Positions 19,263 through 28,363 of a DNA stretch of 64,000 nucleotides are shown here, piece by piece. The translations under genes were made by a program, and so were the position numbers. The DNA is taken from the IMG/VR virus record IMGVR_UViG_3300044641_010328, positions 26,979 to 90,978 of that record; one strand, written 5' to 3'. The stretch comes from a virus. Each line of letters opens with the position of its first letter. Position 1 is the stretch's first letter. Under the pieces are notes generated by a model. That model searched no databases. It had not been told where the DNA came from and worked only from the letters and a program-made list of their open reading frames with translations.

Positions 19263-19844
19263 TCAGCCCTCGTTCTTTCTAGTGGGCTTTCCCTTCACTG
19301 CCATGAGTGCGGCATTGACAACTGCATCAGGGTTGTCTGACCACTTTGCCATCTTCTTGAGCTCCTCGTAGGATGCTCCCTTTTCAATTGCCCTTGCCAT
19401 TGCTGTAGCTGCCTTGTATGTCTCACCGTGATACTTTCCCTTCACAACTCGGCCGTTCTTCTTCTTTCCCTCAAGCATTGGCATGTCCATATATCCTGTC
19501 ATTGATGACATTGCTGGCGGCATTTGTGGCGAGTTAAACTTGTGATACTCATACTTGAGATAATCATGCACAGTTCCCATCATTGAGTCAATGACAGCAA
19601 TCTTCTCCTGCACCCACTCAGGAAGATCATCGTAATCGTTGATCATGTCATGAAGCTCGTGCGCTTTCTGTCCAGTTGTGAACAGATTTGACTTGATCAT
19701 GCCGGTCTCTTCTCCCGGAGCATTATCATGAAAAACTCTGCCCTGTGTGGTTCCCATGTGATCTTGGGGCATCTGATCCATGCCCATCTCATGCATCTCT
19801 CTGAGAACCATCTTTCTGATCTTTAGTCTATCAATCGGTGACAT
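19263..19844 (-). CDS. hypothetical protein, possibly head-internal
   Basis: 193 aa; contains an LPEWVQEKI segment; GAGG RBS. Confidence 0.8.
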   Translation of the reverse strand: MSPIDRLKIRKMVLREMHEMGMDQMPQDHMGTTQGRVFHDNAPGEETGMIKSNLFTTGQKAHELHDMINDYDDLPEWVQEKIAVIDSMMGTVHDYLKYEYHKFNSPQMPPAMSSMTGYMDMPMLEGKKKNGRVVKGKYHGETYKAATAMARAIEKGASYEELKKMAKWSDNPDAVVNAALMAVKGKPTRKNEG

Positions 19845-19886
19845 TGCTCGCCTCTGTGATCTAAATATACATCAGAGGCGAGCAAT
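19843..19886 (-). promoter_or_regulatory. RBS/AUG-sequestering hairpin with a TATATTTA motif in the loop
   Basis: Perfect 14-bp inverted repeat ATTGCTCGCCTCTG/CAGAGGCGAGCAAT with a 16-nt AT-rich loop. Confidence 0.65.
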
Positions 19887-19893
19887 TTCTTAC

Positions 19894-20328
19894 TTATTCG
19901 ATGTGTCCGTAGTAGGGCTCGAAGAGGGGCTTCCCTTCTGCAATGGATCGCTGGAGATAGTCGCGCAGATCCTCATAGGAGGTTGTAACCTTAACGCCAG
20001 ATTGAGCTAGCATCAAATTGAAGTTGCCTGTGAGACCCTGCGCAAAGTAGACAATTGGAACGCCAGCGTTGTATGCCACACCTGCCTCAAAAATTGTGCC
20101 CATGTCCTTATCGCGCGTGTTGCAGAGAACAAAGTCAGCTGTTCGAATGTGATCAACATTTCCTTTGAATGTGTCCTTCTGAACCTGGAGAGAAGCTGTT
20201 GGGGGACAGATAAAGATCTTGCGCGGCGATGCAACATCAAGACCAAGATCTCCTAGCAAATTTTCCAGAGCCTCGACTTCCTCGAGCGCCTTAGGTGTGA
20301 ACCAGCCAGATGCGAGATATACCTTCAT
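19894..20328 (-). CDS. nucleoside 2'-deoxyribosyltransferase / NMP N-glycosidase family
   Basis: KVYLAS..F, I..AD.V, D.GT..E.G.A and NLM motifs; start chosen at the ATG after GAGG. Confidence 0.85.
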   Translation of the reverse strand: MKVYLASGWFTPKALEEVEALENLLGDLGLDVASPRKIFICPPTASLQVQKDTFKGNVDHIRTADFVLCNTRDKDMGTIFEAGVAYNAGVPIVYFAQGLTGNFNLMLAQSGVKVTTSYEDLRDYLQRSIAEGKPLFEPYYGHIE

Positions 20329-20369
20329 TTTGAACCTCACATAAACAATAGTGGCGCACATCGTTGTTT

Positions 20370-21065
20370 TTAAGAAATTTGTCTCCTTTTTTGCGTCATC
20401 TCCCTTGCTTTTCTCATAACCTCTTCTCGAGATCCTGGGTGAATTCCAAGCACACGTCTGATGCTTTCAACGATCTGATCATCTGTAACATAGATCCACC
20501 CGTTTCTGCGGCAGATCTCTTTTATGATTTCAATCTTTTTATCCTCGGAAGCCTGCACCCAGAACCACTCAACAGAATTTTTTATGTTATGAATCTCATC
20601 CTCAAGGATCTTTGCTCGACGACGTAAAGATTCGGCAATCTTCAGATCATCAATTCCAATCTCAATATCAAGATCAACAGCAATCTCAATCAGAGTATCA
20701 CCATCAGCCTTGACAGATGCTGCTGTTGCACGCCTGTACGCTTTTTCTCTCTTGTCAATTTCTTTCTGAGAGAGGCCCATCTTGTCTGTCTTGTCAGGAT
20801 GTGTTTCAACAACAATCTTTCGAAACAGCTTTTTTAGGTCCGCATCTAGAGATTCTGATTTTTGATCACCAGGATCAGAAGGTGCACCTGGCGCTTCTTG
20901 CTGAGGTGGAGCCGGGGCTTGTGGCTGTGCGGTCGGGTCGACTCTGACATTTTTAAGAGATTCGAGCATCTCCCTCTTTCCGCGCTCAAACACGGATCGG
21001 TGATGCTCATTTTCCTCTCTAATATACCTGAAGAAGAGAGAGGCTCTGTTGAGCTCTCTATCCAT
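20370..21065 (-). CDS. J-domain (DnaJ-like) co-chaperone protein
   Basis: LKKLFRKIVVETHPDK with the HPD motif. Confidence 0.75.
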   Translation of the reverse strand: MDRELNRASLFFRYIREENEHHRSVFERGKREMLESLKNVRVDPTAQPQAPAPPQQEAPGAPSDPGDQKSESLDADLKKLFRKIVVETHPDKTDKMGLSQKEIDKREKAYRRATAASVKADGDTLIEIAVDLDIEIGIDDLKIAESLRRRAKILEDEIHNIKNSVEWFWVQASEDKKIEIIKEICRRNGWIYVTDDQIVESIRRVLGIHPGSREEVMRKAREMTQKRRQIS

Positions 21066-21067
21066 GG

Positions 21068-21313
21068 CTACTTTTCTCTAAGCCAGATCAAAGATGACTT
21101 AAGGCTCTTGTAGAGAGTTACAGGCCACACGATATCAAGCTTAAATCCAGATGCAAGAATCTGTGCATGACTTTTGATATGGCTCTTTTGCTCTCTTGCC
21201 CTAACAATCTGAAATTCCTGGTGAAGATCTAGAATCTTTAGGCACCTTGAAATTAAAAAAAATAAGGCTACACAAGTGTAAGATGCTGCTACAATCCCTA
21301 GAGAATCAACCAT
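21068..21313 (-). CDS. small membrane protein
   Basis: N-terminal hydrophobic helix. Confidence 0.6.
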   Translation of the reverse strand: MVDSLGIVAASYTCVALFFLISRCLKILDLHQEFQIVRAREQKSHIKSHAQILASGFKLDIVWPVTLYKSLKSSLIWLREK

Positions 21314-21827
21314 TAAAACCTCCTGTTCTTAGGATCCTTCTTAGATCTTCAGCTGTAATCTTCTTGCCATTCATCTCGCCGATGAAATCAGAAGATTCTT
21401 GACGAGGCGCTCTAGCCTGTGGTCGCGGTTGCGTCTCTTTTGACTCCAGGATCTTCTTTGCAGGCTGCGCAGCTGTGGCTATAGACGCAGTTACACCCAC
21501 CTTCTTCTGGACAGGACGTGAGACAGACTCAGCTGTCACTTTCACAGATTCTTCAAAGAGTGCATCAAAAGAAAGCGGGCTAAAATATCTGTCATCGATC
21601 ATGACTTCTAGATTGGCACGATACGTTCCTTCTTTCAGCATGTTCTTCATGGATGGGATCTGGAATGAAACCTCGCCCTGTCCAGCCTGTTGGCCGCTAA
21701 AGGCATAAGAGAGGTTCTTTCCCTCAAAGACAAGCCTGTACTTGGGTGTTCCGGGCTTTGATCCTTCGATTGCAACGTTGAATCGAAGCTCATTATCCTG
21801 ATCGAGACTTAAAGAAATATCACTCAT
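21306..21827 (-). CDS. hypothetical protein
   Basis: 173 aa ORF overlapping its neighbours. Confidence 0.8.
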   Translation of the reverse strand: MSDISLSLDQDNELRFNVAIEGSKPGTPKYRLVFEGKNLSYAFSGQQAGQGEVSFQIPSMKNMLKEGTYRANLEVMIDDRYFSPLSFDALFEESVKVTAESVSRPVQKKVGVTASIATAAQPAKKILESKETQPRPQARAPRQESSDFIGEMNGKKITAEDLRRILRTGGFNG

Positions 21828-22191
21828 CTGTTTCTCTTATTACTCTGTGCTCACCAATAACTATCTTAAAGGGATTGCTTTTCTTTGAAATCTTCTCGTT
21901 AAGGTCCGCTTTAATTCTGATCTTCTTTTCAAAGACGAGTCGTGTGATCTTATTGTAGAGCGGGTTAGAAAGGGGTGAATTGTTTACCTCTTGAAGCATG
22001 GCAGCAATCTTGTAGACGTCAATTCCATCATCAAATACGGGATCTGCTCCATCACCCCGAAGTGCCTCTCTGATGGACTCGACGATCTTGAAATACTGGA
22101 TTGCTCCTGCTGCAACCATGCCTGGCTCAGTTGCCTCTTCTTGACCCATTCCCATTGTAACAATGAGTGGGTTTCCTAGCGGACTAAGCAC
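21820..22191 (-). CDS. hypothetical protein
   Basis: 123 aa ORF, coupled. Confidence 0.7.
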   Translation of the reverse strand: MLSPLGNPLIVTMGMGQEEATEPGMVAAGAIQYFKIVESIREALRGDGADPVFDDGIDVYKIAAMLQEVNNSPLSNPLYNKITRLVFEKKIRIKADLNEKISKKSNPFKIVIGEHRVIRETDE

Positions 22192-22676
22192 TATGAGGCT
22201 CTGTTTCGATCAAAGACAGAGAGATAGCTTGGATCGCTATTCTTGTCACGCAGGTTGAACCTGGCAACCTCAGTCAAATTGTCCGCTTTGTAAAAGACCA
22301 TCTGATAATTCTCGTGATCTATGTGCCATCTTCCTCCGAGCATGTCTCGGACAAAGACAAGATCTGTGCCTAGAGTGTTCTTTATATCCTGAATCTCTGG
22401 TGTCAAAGACACAGTAGAATTTGTGAAGTTCTGCTCTTCTGATGCATAGACAGTATCATCTCCCTGTCCTGTATCCCACAGTACAGTTCCATTGAACTGG
22501 TCTGGGAATGTGATGTTTGCACCATAGATTCCGGTCATCAGCCCGATTTCATAGATGCCCATAGAAGACCTCGAGCTGATCTCCACACCATTCACATCAA
22601 AAAGCGTGTATCCGACTGTCCCAAGCCCGGACCTTGTGATCCCAAAGTTTGCTGTCTTGACAAGTGTATTTGACAT
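22191..22676 (-). CDS. hypothetical, probably virion structural protein
   Basis: 161 aa, beta-rich, G/T/S-rich. Confidence 0.7.
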   Translation of the reverse strand: MSNTLVKTANFGITRSGLGTVGYTLFDVNGVEISSRSSMGIYEIGLMTGIYGANITFPDQFNGTVLWDTGQGDDTVYASEEQNFTNSTVSLTPEIQDIKNTLGTDLVFVRDMLGGRWHIDHENYQMVFYKADNLTEVARFNLRDKNSDPSYLSVFDRNRAS

Positions 22677-22684
22677 CTACTTTA

Positions 22685-23185
22685 TCACTCTTTTTCAGAA
22701 TTAGAATCTTCTGGCGCGTAATTCCTAACGTCCTTAACTCGAAGCGGCCTCTCACCGGGCTTTCTTTTTTCTTTCAGCGCTCCAGACTGCTGCATCTCCT
22801 GTACCTCTTTGGCTCGAGAAAGCTCAACATCAAAGGCACCCGGAACTCCTTTAAGAACGGTGCTGTGATACTCAAGTGCTTCAATAGACCCAGTGAGCTT
22901 ATTAATCTCAGCTACTATCTGCTGCGGGAGAGTCTGAAGCCTTTGGTCAACTGTCTTTATCTCTGATTCCAGGAAAGCAGCACGAGATCCCTCTGGAACC
23001 CTAGCAGCGCGTTCAAGAATTGATCCCATTGCAGCAGAGATCTGCTTGACAATATCAGAAACATGCTTTAGCTGTTCTCTTGAATTGTCTCTTTTGCTCA
23101 TCAGAGAAGCGTGCATGACATCGGCATCTTGCATCGACTTTGATAGACTTGCAATTAGAACATTTTTTATAATTTCTTCTTTCAT
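22685..23185 (-). CDS. hypothetical coiled-coil protein
   Basis: 166 aa ORF. Confidence 0.75.
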   Translation of the reverse strand: MKEEIIKNVLIASLSKSMQDADVMHASLMSKRDNSREQLKHVSDIVKQISAAMGSILERAARVPEGSRAAFLESEIKTVDQRLQTLPQQIVAEINKLTGSIEALEYHSTVLKGVPGAFDVELSRAKEVQEMQQSGALKEKRKPGERPLRVKDVRNYAPEDSNSEKE

Positions 23186-23208
23186 GTCTAGATTCTATCT
23201 ATCTACAG

Positions 23209-23243
23209 AAAAAATAAAAGGGCCGCCCCTTGCGGGGCGGCCC
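23209..23243 (-). terminator. intrinsic terminator
   Basis: GGGCCGCCCC-GCAA-GGGGCGGCCC followed by TTTTATTTTTT on the minus strand. Confidence 0.9.
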
Positions 23244-23268
23244 AGTGCAGGCTAAGCCGTGAGGCTAA

Positions 23269-24918
23269 TTAGCGGATGACTGCAGCAATGACGTCGCCAG
23301 CCTTGACTGGGAAGGCAAAGTCGAGGCGATCGCTTGCAACGACAACCGAGTAGTCGGAATCCTGCACCATGAGCATGCCGTTGACGTAGACGTCGAGACG
23401 GCCGGCAGCGGCAGCAGAATCGGCAAGACCATCGAAGCGACCAGCGGCGAGGCTGACCTGGAATGGGTATGCGCCACCGGAGGAGGCGACATCGCTTGCA
23501 ACGTTCTTGACTTCCTTGCCCTTGCCGCCGCCTGAGCCGGCTGCGAGGGTGTTGAGGGCTCCGACGATCGTCTCGGTGCTGCTGAAGGCGGCGATGAACG
23601 CAGCGCGATCACCGGCCTCAGCAACAGCGTACTGGCCGTCTGCACCGGAGAGCACGAGCTCGCCAGTGGTCATCAGCTTCAGATTGGCGCCGTCTGCGAG
23701 CAGGTCGTGGGCGATTCCAATGTTGAGGGCTGAGAACTCAGGTGCAGATGCAGTGTAGATCGCCTGTGGCAGTGCCCACACCGCGCCGCCGGCTGCATCA
23801 GCAGTGACGGAGAGGTGAGTGCCGCTGACGAAGTCGATCAGACCAGCAGAGACCATGGCCTTGCCACCGTCCGACCGCATGAGGCGGTTGGCGGTGAGGT
23901 TGCTGCCCGTTACGAGTGCAAAGGTGACGCTGTCAGTTGTTGCAACAGGCTGTCCGATTGCCACAGTGATGACTGCACCAGCTTCAGAGATCGTGACACC
24001 GGTTCCGGCTGCAAGGCGGCCTTCGATGGCATCGGCGAGATCCTGGTTAGCAACCTCAATGAGGTTACCGGAAGCATCAGCCCACACGAGTGCGGAGGTG
24101 AGATCGCCGGCCTGCAGGGTGTCAGCCATGAACTTGTCAGAGGCAACCCACTTGGTGTCTGCGTGGTTCCAAGAAAGGCTCTCGCCTGCCTCGGATCCAA
24201 GGAAGATACCAGCGCCGTCGAGTGATGCACCAGTTCCGCCCTCGGCGATAACAATGTTCTTGTCATCGACGGTGAGCGTGGTGGAGTTGACGGTTGTTGT
24301 GGTTCCGTTGACTGTGAGGTCACCAGCAATGACCACGTCCTTGCTGAACAGCGAACCAGAGACTGTGAGCGTGCCGGCGGCGAAGGTCATTCTGCCGTCG
24401 TCGATCAGGTTCTTGTTCGCGTCAACAAACGTTACGCGGGTTGCGGTGAGGTTGGTGCCCTTGAACTTGGGAGCAACGAGTGCAGAGTCGATGCCGTCGT
24501 ACTTGAGTCCCACATTGTCGACGAGCTTCTTGTCTGGTCCGTGGAAGACGAGGGCGCCATCTGTGGTGCTGAGGTTGAGGGCCTTGACAGTTCCGGCACG
24601 GGCTTCGCCAGTTACGACAACGTCGTATCCGAACGTTCCTGAGCCGACGACTGCGAGGTCCTTCTTGACACCAAGAGAAGCGGCACCAGAGGCGTCAAGG
24701 TGATCGGCGAGGTCGACGATCTGAACCTTGGCGTATTCTCCGGCAATTTCTTCCTTGTAGTCAGCGGCACCGATGATGTCCTTGACCTGGCCACGAAGGG
24801 CCTCGAGGTCAATGGCGAGTGAACCAAGTCCATCCTCGGACTTGATCTGCTCGGCACGCATCTTGGTGATTGAGCCCGAGGGCTGCAAGCTAAGGGCTGC
24901 GTAATCTTTATTTGCCAT
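23269..24918 (-). CDS. virion fibre/spike-like structural protein
   Basis: A/G/T/V-rich; GDLTVNGTTTTVNSTTLTVDDKNI fibre motif; strong GC3 codon bias; followed by a strong terminator. Confidence 0.8.
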   Translation of the reverse strand: MANKDYAALSLQPSGSITKMRAEQIKSEDGLGSLAIDLEALRGQVKDIIGAADYKEEIAGEYAKVQIVDLADHLDASGAASLGVKKDLAVVGSGTFGYDVVVTGEARAGTVKALNLSTTDGALVFHGPDKKLVDNVGLKYDGIDSALVAPKFKGTNLTATRVTFVDANKNLIDDGRMTFAAGTLTVSGSLFSKDVVIAGDLTVNGTTTTVNSTTLTVDDKNIVIAEGGTGASLDGAGIFLGSEAGESLSWNHADTKWVASDKFMADTLQAGDLTSALVWADASGNLIEVANQDLADAIEGRLAAGTGVTISEAGAVITVAIGQPVATTDSVTFALVTGSNLTANRLMRSDGGKAMVSAGLIDFVSGTHLSVTADAAGGAVWALPQAIYTASAPEFSALNIGIAHDLLADGANLKLMTTGELVLSGADGQYAVAEAGDRAAFIAAFSSTETIVGALNTLAAGSGGGKGKEVKNVASDVASSGGAYPFQVSLAAGRFDGLADSAAAAGRLDVYVNGMLMVQDSDYSVVVASDRLDFAFPVKAGDVIAAVIR

Positions 24919-25006
24919 TTTAGTTTCTCCAGTTGAGATTTTTGCTCAATGAGGAGACATTCCTCATCTGAGTCCAAACTCTAACATAACTGGAACTAAA
25001 CTTGGC
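24914..25006 (-). promoter_or_regulatory. structured 5' leader (multi-branch) enclosing the RBS and AUG
   Basis: Outer stem UUUAGUU-CCAGUU / AACUGG-AGA-AACUAAA closing three short internal hairpins. Confidence 0.55.
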
Positions 25007-25080
25007 TTTTTGAGAGGGCCCAAATCTCTTATATTCTATGTATGCTTATCAAGAAAATTTATTCATAAATTCTAAAAAAA

Positions 25081-25299
25081 TTATCGTGAGTAAATCATCT
25101 TCTTTAGAGACTTCAAGTGAGCATCAAATGTGCAAAAATCTCCGTTAAAAAAATCCAGGACGTGAGAAGCACACTCACTCTTTGAATCATCAAACTTAAA
25201 GATGAATTTTCCGCTAGACTCAGAATTTGCACTAATGAGCTTTACACCCTTCATTTTCAGGTAAGCAGCTACGGGCAGCTCTGATGTTGTGTAAATCAT
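25081..25299 (-). CDS. DUF5659-like small phage protein
   Basis: Y.T..L..AAYL...G..L......F.F pattern. Confidence 0.65.
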   Translation of the reverse strand: MIYTTSELPVAAYLKMKGVKLISANSESSGKFIFKFDDSKSECASHVLDFFNGDFCTFDAHLKSLKKMIYSR

Positions 25300-25344
25300 T
25301 TTTGATTATCTCTTTTTCTTAAATAGGCACGAGGAACATCAGAT

Positions 25345-26436
25345 CTACTCTGTATAGGAGTAAGTCGCTAAAAAAATATCATCATTTTCTATAGCACCAC
25401 TAGGTAGCTGTATTTGCCTATTTAAAATTGCATAATCAGTATTTTGTGTTAAAAGCTGACCATTTCTAAAAATCATCAAAGATTGAACAGGGTCTGGATC
25501 TTTTTCAATTTGGAGCGCAAGAGATCCTGAGACTGTTATAAAAGATGCAATCTCATTGAATGAGAACTTTTTGACTGAAACTGATCGTGTGTACATCGTG
25601 ATGATGACATCACTTGGATCGAGATCAATTTGTCCGAATAGAATATTTCTTCCTGAGACTATGTAGTCCTTTAGTGCACCTTGTGTTAGCAGCTGTCCGT
25701 TTAACCAGAGCATTACACTTGCAGAATTTGCAGGATCGAATGCCAGAGTGAATGTCTTATTCAATCCATCCATGGCGCCAGATGGAATCTCATTTAAGAC
25801 TAGCTCTGTAAGTAGTCCGGAAGAGCCATTTTTTCCAAAAGAAGAAGGATCTGCGGTTGACGATATTGTTATTTGACCGCTGGATCCGGTTGATAGCGAT
25901 ATTCCCGATCCTGCAATAAGGTAGGGAGATCCATCAGATAGAGCTGTAAGCGATCCGCTTAATCCTTCCAGCGCAATAACAGAGCCTGTAACTACTAGGC
26001 TGTTTCCAACCTCAACAGGAGACCCTCCAAAAATTCTTCCTTCAACATAAACATCGCCCCCAAAAAATACGGATGATGTAGATGAAAGACTTTCAACTGT
26101 GAGAATGGTACCAGAAGTGGAAACAGTAATACTGCCATCGGCTCCTGATGTGATCTCGATTCCATTCCCAGATCGTATAAACGGTGAGCCATCAGACAGT
26201 GCCTGGATTGAGCCCATCGCTCCAGACAAGAATGTCACGGGACCAGTAAATACCGATCCCGTGACAGAAGCAACTACGCTAAAATCATTCTTTACTACAA
26301 GCAGTTCACCAATCTGTTGGCGAACAATTCCGCCTTGCGTGTCGAGCTGCAGTTCATTCTTGAATGCACCACCAGTTCCCGAATAGACGAGAACTGGTGC
26401 AAGAAGGTGTTCATCTACAACTCTAACAGCGGGCAT
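25345..26436 (-). CDS. virion structural (fibre-like) protein with internal duplications
   Basis: Repeated ALSDGSP.I..G.GI and NGQLLTQ..DY modules. Confidence 0.75.
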   Translation of the reverse strand: MPAVRVVDEHLLAPVLVYSGTGGAFKNELQLDTQGGIVRQQIGELLVVKNDFSVVASVTGSVFTGPVTFLSGAMGSIQALSDGSPFIRSGNGIEITSGADGSITVSTSGTILTVESLSSTSSVFFGGDVYVEGRIFGGSPVEVGNSLVVTGSVIALEGLSGSLTALSDGSPYLIAGSGISLSTGSSGQITISSTADPSSFGKNGSSGLLTELVLNEIPSGAMDGLNKTFTLAFDPANSASVMLWLNGQLLTQGALKDYIVSGRNILFGQIDLDPSDVIITMYTRSVSVKKFSFNEIASFITVSGSLALQIEKDPDPVQSLMIFRNGQLLTQNTDYAILNRQIQLPSGAIENDDIFLATYSYTE

Positions 26437-26476
26437 CTTTCATTCCAGATAGAATAATAAAGCGCCCGCAGAATTC

Positions 26477-27427
26477 TTAAAAATCTCTACGAGCCTTGTA
26501 ATTACTCACAATCTCGTCAATCTCTCCTAGAATCTCATTCCAGAGCGTCCGGAAGTGTGGGACACCGCCATCTGTTCCGTTCATGTCATCTCGTGTGGCC
26601 TGGTAGATCGTGTCATTCGGGTGGTAGGTGAGGTGCTTCTCGCTGTCCTCGTCAGGCCAGTAGAGGTTGGTACCTGTTCCATTGCGGAATGTCTTGATGT
26701 AGTGCCATGCAGGCTCGCGAAGATTGATCGCAACATGAGCCTCGGGGAAGACGCGGAGGATCTCACGTGCCATGAGTGCCGCAAGCATGTTATCCTCCTC
26801 AGGCTGGATCTGCTTGTCCTGACGCTGCTTAATGAACATGAAAGCATCGCGGATGTTCATGCGCATGTAGTAGAACGTCTCGAGGCACTTCGGGAGGATA
26901 TGACGAGCGTCCATGAGAGAGATCTTCTTGGAGTCGACCATGTCAACATAGAGCGCCTTTGCATCCTCTACGTGATTCTTCCAGCGCTCATAGAACTCAG
27001 GGCTATTCTGGATCGAGCCTGGAACTAGGCTGCGCTCGTGAGAGAGCCAGCGATCACCTGTGCACTGCGCCGCAAAAGATCCGGCACGATGACGAATGAG
27101 ATGAGTTACTGTCTGAGTATCGATTCCACCCACAAGGAAGGTGAGACCGATTAGCTCCATTGCTGCAGGAAGGGCACGACCCGCAAAGACGTCCTCCATG
27201 GTCTTTGAGAGATCTGCTTCAGAAGCCTCAGCATAGGGAACATGCTTATCAGCCCACGTGGACTTAACGAAACAATAAACTGCCTGTCGGATCGTCTTTG
27301 GATCAGGGCTGTCGACAAGCTCGAGCTTAAGCGCATCGAGGCTATTTACGAACTTGGTTGTAGGCCGCTCGTCGAAACGAATTGCCATGGGAAGGTTAAT
27401 GGGCTGTAGATCTAGATTTTGTGGCAT
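26477..27427 (-). CDS. divergent ThyX-fold flavoprotein (RHRx7C)
   Basis: LTF, THLIRHRAGSFAAQC, DARHILP and N.RD..F..QR motifs; lacks the GHxxxFE His and SxRY. Confidence 0.85.
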   Translation of the reverse strand: MPQNLDLQPINLPMAIRFDERPTTKFVNSLDALKLELVDSPDPKTIRQAVYCFVKSTWADKHVPYAEASEADLSKTMEDVFAGRALPAAMELIGLTFLVGGIDTQTVTHLIRHRAGSFAAQCTGDRWLSHERSLVPGSIQNSPEFYERWKNHVEDAKALYVDMVDSKKISLMDARHILPKCLETFYYMRMNIRDAFMFIKQRQDKQIQPEEDNMLAALMAREILRVFPEAHVAINLREPAWHYIKTFRNGTGTNLYWPDEDSEKHLTYHPNDTIYQATRDDMNGTDGGVPHFRTLWNEILGEIDEIVSNYKARRDF

Positions 27428-27436
27428 TAATTTCTC

Positions 27437-28354
27437 CTATCGAAGATTATCGATGATTTTGGTCAAGTTTTCAACTAGAATCACGCCTTCTTGCCGCTGG
27501 AGTGATTTATTGTAAGGCTGAATTGGGCTAAATGTCCGAAGTCCATGAGAGGCAAACTCTGCTGCATGCTTTGGCGAGTCATCTACACAGAAGGCAACGT
27601 GTCCTGCAAACTTTGACTGGATGATCCAGAGGAACTTCTCTCCGCTGAAGGCTACATCATCAAAGTAGAGACCCGAGCTGTGAAGCCATCGTGCTGTGTC
27701 AAAGAGGCAGAGAGGATTGTCTGCAGGGCGTGCTGTCAGGATCTGGACCCAATACCCAAGTCGCTGTAGCTCATGCGTGAATTCGGCTGCATCACTGACA
27801 GCCGGAATGTCGCGAAGCTTGCGCTCTGCTATGAACTCCTTGAAGAGGCGCTCTGTGTTATGCCCTAGATCTTGAGCAGCTGATGCAGCATAGTACTCTG
27901 GACAGTCATACGAAATCACTGCTCCCTTCGTCTCAGCAAGCCACTCAAAGAACGAGCGTCTGAACTCTGCAAGCACATCATCCATGTCAAGGATTGCTAC
28001 TGGACGACCATCCCAAGACTTCTTAGACAGGTTATGCCTGAAGTGAAGGTAAGCATCCTTGTCCTCGAAGGCATCAACAAGCTCTTTCTCATTGATGTCC
28101 CAGACATTCATGATTGCCATCAGATATCTGATCACATCAATGCTCTCATACAAGATCTTTGTCCGGTCTGGCATCTTGCGATCCATTCGGTGATCTTTGA
28201 AATTGATTGATGATACAAGATCTGAGATCTCAGAATGCAATTCAAGAGCAAATGATTTTGTCATCTGCTCTTTCTCTACGTCTGTGAATGTCTTGCTATC
28301 GAAGAAAAGATTAGAGAATGCACGCTGACGATGCAGCATCTCTTTTAGGGTCAC
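27437..28354 (-). CDS. all-alpha dCTPase/dUTPase-like domain fused to a HAD 5'(3')-nucleotidase
   Basis: N-terminal EISDL..FKDH..ESIDV; C-terminal DMDDV, LTAR, K, VDDSP. Confidence 0.8.
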   Translation of the reverse strand: MTLKEMLHRQRAFSNLFFDSKTFTDVEKEQMTKSFALELHSEISDLVSSINFKDHRMDRKMPDRTKILYESIDVIRYLMAIMNVWDINEKELVDAFEDKDAYLHFRHNLSKKSWDGRPVAILDMDDVLAEFRRSFFEWLAETKGAVISYDCPEYYAASAAQDLGHNTERLFKEFIAERKLRDIPAVSDAAEFTHELQRLGYWVQILTARPADNPLCLFDTARWLHSSGLYFDDVAFSGEKFLWIIQSKFAGHVAFCVDDSPKHAAEFASHGLRTFSPIQPYNKSLQRQEGVILVENLTKIIDNLR

Positions 28355-28363
28355 GTTAGTCCT

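Noticed and set aside
24914-25006. tRNA (cloverleaf-like fold)
   Set aside because: There is no T-loop GTTC or D-loop consensus and no 7-nt anticodon arm geometry; it overlaps an RBS and start codon.
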